The translations under genes and the position numbers were made by a program. Below, piece after piece: positions 60,627-64,000 of a DNA stretch of 64,000 nt. Source of the DNA: Candidatus Heimdallarchaeota archaeon. GTDB taxonomy: Archaea > Asgardarchaeota > Heimdallarchaeia > Heimdallarchaeales > Heimdallarchaeaceae. The notes under the pieces were generated by a model. The model worked only from the letters and a program-made list of their open reading frames with translations, was not told where the DNA came from and ran no database searches. Location of the stretch: contig JABCTC010000002.1 of NCBI GenBank assembly GCA_018238545.1, forward strand, positions 32,001 to 96,000. Direction: 5' to 3'. Within the stretch, counting starts at the first letter, position 1. Each line of letters begins with the position of its first letter.

Positions 60627-62027
60627 TTACTTGCCACCACTTACTTGAAGCGGTGAAAGTAACATCCATGGTGATTTGTGTCCATGTCGATTTTGTTGTT
60701 CTTTACTGAAATCCTCTATTTTCTCTAAAACTTCAAAGACAGTAGTACCGATCATTGCATTCTTTACAGGATATTGAACCTCTCCATCTTTAATGTAGAA
60801 TCCTTGATTTATCTGAGCTGAGATTTGAGGGTTACCAGACATATCAACGATAGAGGACCCTATCAAGAGAATACCTTCCTTAAGATCCTCAAGAAGTGTA
60901 TCTTTAGTAGTTTCTCCAGCTTTGATATCTAATGAGTACGTTGAAGGAGTAGGTCTTGAAGCAAAAGATCCACGAGATGCGTGACCAGTATTATCAAGTC
61001 CAACAAGGGGGGCAGTGTAAGAATCTGTTATGTAAGTACTAAGAATACCCTCCTTAACAAGGTTTAATTTTTGGGGAATTACTCCTTCATCATCGAAAGC
61101 GGAAGAATCGACACCTCCATGATAAAATGGATCATCTGTAATTGATAATTTATCTGAAGCAATTGCATCACCTATTTTGTCTACAAAGTAAGCTGTTCGA
61201 TTAAATACATTGAAAGCATTGATGCCAGATGAAATGATAGGGGAGATTGTTCCCATACAGCTATCAGGATCAAGAAGAATAGGCAAAGTTGCAGATTCAA
61301 TCTTTTGCGATCCAAGCATCTTTAATGCTCGAGTTCCCGCTTCTTTTCCTACAATTAAATGATCAAAGTCAGCTAACATTTTGGAAGAATCAAAGTAATA
61401 AGCATTTCCAATATCATCTCCATCTTGTATTTTAACACCTAGATAACCTGTAATTGATGTTTGTTTGGAAAACCTATCTATGCCTTGAGAATTAATGATA
61501 AATCTTTCGCCGCTACCTGCTGTAAAACTACCGCCTATTATGGCATCATCTCTTACTTGAGCTTCTTGTACTCCTTCGAGAATCATTACTGTGAAATCTT
61601 CAACTGATAATTCAATTATGTTTTGATCAAAACAACCTTTGATCTCAGGAGTAGGGCGAGTGTCCTCTGGCAATGACTTGAAATTTTCATCTGGTGGTGT
61701 GACTTTTGCTAACGAATAAGCATCCTTTACAGTTTTTTCAATTGAATCATGAGAAAATATGGTTGTAGAAGCCATACCTATTGCTTTGTTTTTTATGATT
61801 CTAACTCCTAAACCAGAATTGGAAACATCAGTAAACTTTCTTATGGATCCTCTTTCGAGTTGAACGTTTCTAGCAGCACCAAAAATGGTATAAGCTTCAA
61901 CTTGATCAGCACCAAAGGATAAACCAAGTTTAATTACTTTTTCAGCTAATTCATGTAAGTTAATTTTAGTAGACATTTTATTGAGATCCTCCAATAACAA
62001 TACCTGAAACACCAATATCTGGTCCAC
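60627..62027 (-). CDS. pmbA: TldE/PmbA family protein
   Basis: GLGVRII, NSQG, FDDEG, TGHA; lacks HExxxH. The likely start is ~61976. Confidence 0.9.
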   Translation of the reverse strand: MDQILVFQVLLLEDLNKMSTKINLHELAEKVIKLGLSFGADQVEAYTIFGAARNVQLERGSIRKFTDVSNSGLGVRIIKNKAIGMASTTIFSHDSIEKTVKDAYSLAKVTPPDENFKSLPEDTRPTPEIKGCFDQNIIELSVEDFTVMILEGVQEAQVRDDAIIGGSFTAGSGERFIINSQGIDRFSKQTSITGYLGVKIQDGDDIGNAYYFDSSKMLADFDHLIVGKEAGTRALKMLGSQKIESATLPILLDPDSCMGTISPIISSGINAFNVFNRTAYFVDKIGDAIASDKLSITDDPFYHGGVDSSAFDDEGVIPQKLNLVKEGILSTYITDSYTAPLVGLDNTGHASRGSFASRPTPSTYSLDIKAGETTKDTLLEDLKEGILLIGSSIVDMSGNPQISAQINQGFYIKDGEVQYPVKNAMIGTTVFEVLEKIEDFSKEQQNRHGHKSPWMLLSPLQVSGGK

Positions 62028-63372
62028 CAGCAGTAACTGGAATGCCTTGACCTTGTTTTCCGCACGTGCCTAAAAACTCCGGTGCCCATTTCTTTCCTAC
62101 GGCATAAGTATTCTGAAATACTTCTAAAGTCATTCCTGACATTCCCACATTACCAATCATGTCAGTTATCTCCCCATCTTCTATGAAATATCCCAACTGG
62201 CAAGAGAAGTAAAATTGACCTTTTGCAGGCATAACATATCCTCCATAGGAATTCTTCAGATAGACACCTTCTTTTGTAAGTTCAGCAATTTCTTCAAGTG
62301 ATTTATCACCAGAATCAACATATGTATTCCCCATTCTTGCTAATGGAGTGAAGTTGAAATTCATTGCTCGACCTGAGCCATTGGGTTCCATGTCTAAAGC
62401 AGTTGCTGTTTCCAGTGTATGGAAGTATTCTTTCAAAATACCTTTCTCCACAAGTACCCTTTTACGTGCTTTGGTACCTTCAGAATCATAATCAAAAGAA
62501 CCTCTCAATCCTGGTAAAGTTGGATCATCATAAACATTGATTTCTTCCACACCAACTCTTTTATTGATCCTGTTTTCAAGCACTGATTGTTTTGCGATAA
62601 CAGCGTCAGCTTCACAAGCATGTCCAAATGCCTCATGTACAAAAACACCAGTTAATGATGGGTCCATTATGACATTCATACGACCTGATGGAGGTTTTCT
62701 GGCAGATAGTAGTTTGAGAGCCATCCCAGCTGCTTCAAGGCCTTCCTTCTCAGGTTCCCATTTTTGAATTAGTTCCCATCCCCCTGTACCACCAATGGAA
62801 TCAAAAACAGATTGCATTTCAGTGCCTTCTCTCGCAATAACATTTTTCATAATACGAACAACGTGGTTCTCATTTTCCACTTTTGTACCCTTGCTGTTTA
62901 TTACACACTCTTTACTGTGTGTTTCTTGGTAAGTTGAAGATGTTTCGGCAATCCTGTCAGAAAATTCACGTGCTGCTTTTTCAGTTTGAATGATTTTTTC
63001 GAACTTAGTTTTTTTGTCAATTTCTCTTGGATCGATTTCGAGTTTTGTCATACCTTTTCCTTCAAAAACCCAATCATCCTTTATCTTTCTCTCTTGTTTA
63101 GCAAACTTTGAACCTATTTTTGCAATTCGTATAGCTTTTTCAGCCGCTTTCAGAATAGATTCTTCATCTATAGTAACAATAGTAGTAAATCCCCAAGCAT
63201 TATCGATTAGAGCTCTAATAGCAACACCACCTGTTGTCTGATTACTGACACTATCAAATCTTCCATTTCTAACTGTGAAAGATTCTCCCATGGCATAAGC
63301 ATAACGGATGTCTAAGAAATCTTTTGAGGGCATACTAATTTTGTTGATTACTTTCTCTATAGTATCTAACAT
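61978..63372 (-). CDS. tldD: TldD metalloprotease
   Basis: VHEAFGHACEAD, YDSEG, RMGNTY, CGKQGQ. Confidence 0.94.
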   Translation of the reverse strand: MLDTIEKVINKISMPSKDFLDIRYAYAMGESFTVRNGRFDSVSNQTTGGVAIRALIDNAWGFTTIVTIDEESILKAAEKAIRIAKIGSKFAKQERKIKDDWVFEGKGMTKLEIDPREIDKKTKFEKIIQTEKAAREFSDRIAETSSTYQETHSKECVINSKGTKVENENHVVRIMKNVIAREGTEMQSVFDSIGGTGGWELIQKWEPEKEGLEAAGMALKLLSARKPPSGRMNVIMDPSLTGVFVHEAFGHACEADAVIAKQSVLENRINKRVGVEEINVYDDPTLPGLRGSFDYDSEGTKARKRVLVEKGILKEYFHTLETATALDMEPNGSGRAMNFNFTPLARMGNTYVDSGDKSLEEIAELTKEGVYLKNSYGGYVMPAKGQFYFSCQLGYFIEDGEITDMIGNVGMSGMTLEVFQNTYAVGKKWAPEFLGTCGKQGQGIPVTAGGPDIGVSGIVIGGSQ

Positions 63373-63435
63373 TCTGTCCTTATGTTTTTTGAAATAATAT
63401 AAGTCTAGTTGTAAGACAATAGAAAAAAGGAAATA

Positions 63436-63999
63436 TTAGATAATAATGTCTGATGGTTCTCCACATTTCTTACATGATGCTTCTTTGCCAAGATTTTTCT
63501 TCTTTATTGTATAACCAGCTCTTTCTACAAGAATAACACCACAGTTTTGACAAAGAGTAGAGTTAATTTCAGAATATGGAAGATTTCCAGTATATACATA
63601 TTTCATCCCAACAGCTTCTGCTATCCTGCTGGCTTCTAGAACAGTTTCAACTGGTGTGGAAGGAACATGTTGCATTTTATAATGAGGATAGAACCTACTG
63701 AAGTGAATTGGTACTTTATCATTCATTGAATTAAGAACCCATTCTGCAAACTGTTTGATTTCCTCTTTATTGTCATTGTAACCTGGAATTAAGAGCATGG
63801 TTAGTTCGATATGGATACCTTCTGAAAACATTAATAGCACATTTTCTTTGATTTGTTCTAAACCAGGGAAATGAGCTACTTTTTTATAGAAATCTTGATT
63901 GAAAGCTTTAATATCGATATTTGCCGCATCTATGATACCAAATAGCTCAGTAAGTGGTTCTTTATTGATTAAACCATTGGAAACTAGTACGTTACCAAC
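63436..63999 (-). CDS. amrS: AmmeMemoRadiSam system radical SAM enzyme, C-terminal part (truncated by the window)
   Basis: Frame is open to the window end: VLVSNG...DAANIDIKAF...FY...LLIPGYND...PIHFSRFYP...YVYTGN...CQNC...CKKC. Confidence 0.85.
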   Translation of the reverse strand, partial: VGNVLVSNGLINKEPLTELFGIIDAANIDIKAFNQDFYKKVAHFPGLEQIKENVLLMFSEGIHIELTMLLIPGYNDNKEEIKQFAEWVLNSMNDKVPIHFSRFYPHYKMQHVPSTPVETVLEASRIAEAVGMKYVYTGNLPYSEINSTLCQNCGVILVERAGYTIKKKNLGKEASCKKCGEPSDIII

Positions 64000-64000
64000 A

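Overview
AT-rich archaeal chromosomal segment, most likely an Asgard (Heimdallarchaeia-like) genome. This is inferred from RpoP, aIF1, PurP paralogues, geranylgeranyl reductase and eukaryote-like Get3, TRAP-beta and RING proteins. No rRNA, tRNA, CRISPR array or mobile element was seen. The left part has the 3' end of glyS, rpoP (missed by the ORF track), a B12/radical-SAM/TRAM enzyme, aIF1, a TRAP-beta/Get3/TatD run, three DegV proteins, hydrolases, HtpX, MetAP and glpK. The middle is a ~20 kb purine+pyrimidine biosynthesis supercluster with a PurR-like regulator, a PurC-PurS fusion, two purP and two pyrF genes. The right part has a RING protein, an interrupted etfBA-fixCX operon, a MacB/LolCDE-type ABC system with an oddly extended second ATPase, GGR, CDF, TldD/E and AmrS. 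Two non-coding discoveries stand out. (1) A box C/D guide sRNA at 11740-11820 (-) whose two guides match the 16S decoding site (C1402 equivalent) and 23S helix 93 of the peptidyl-transferase centre. (2) A bipartite motif AAAGACCAA-N14-CAAATGAC found exactly 99 nt upstream of both purP and the purR-like gene, a candidate operator of an undescribed purine regulon. All assignments are by eye from motifs; no searches were run.
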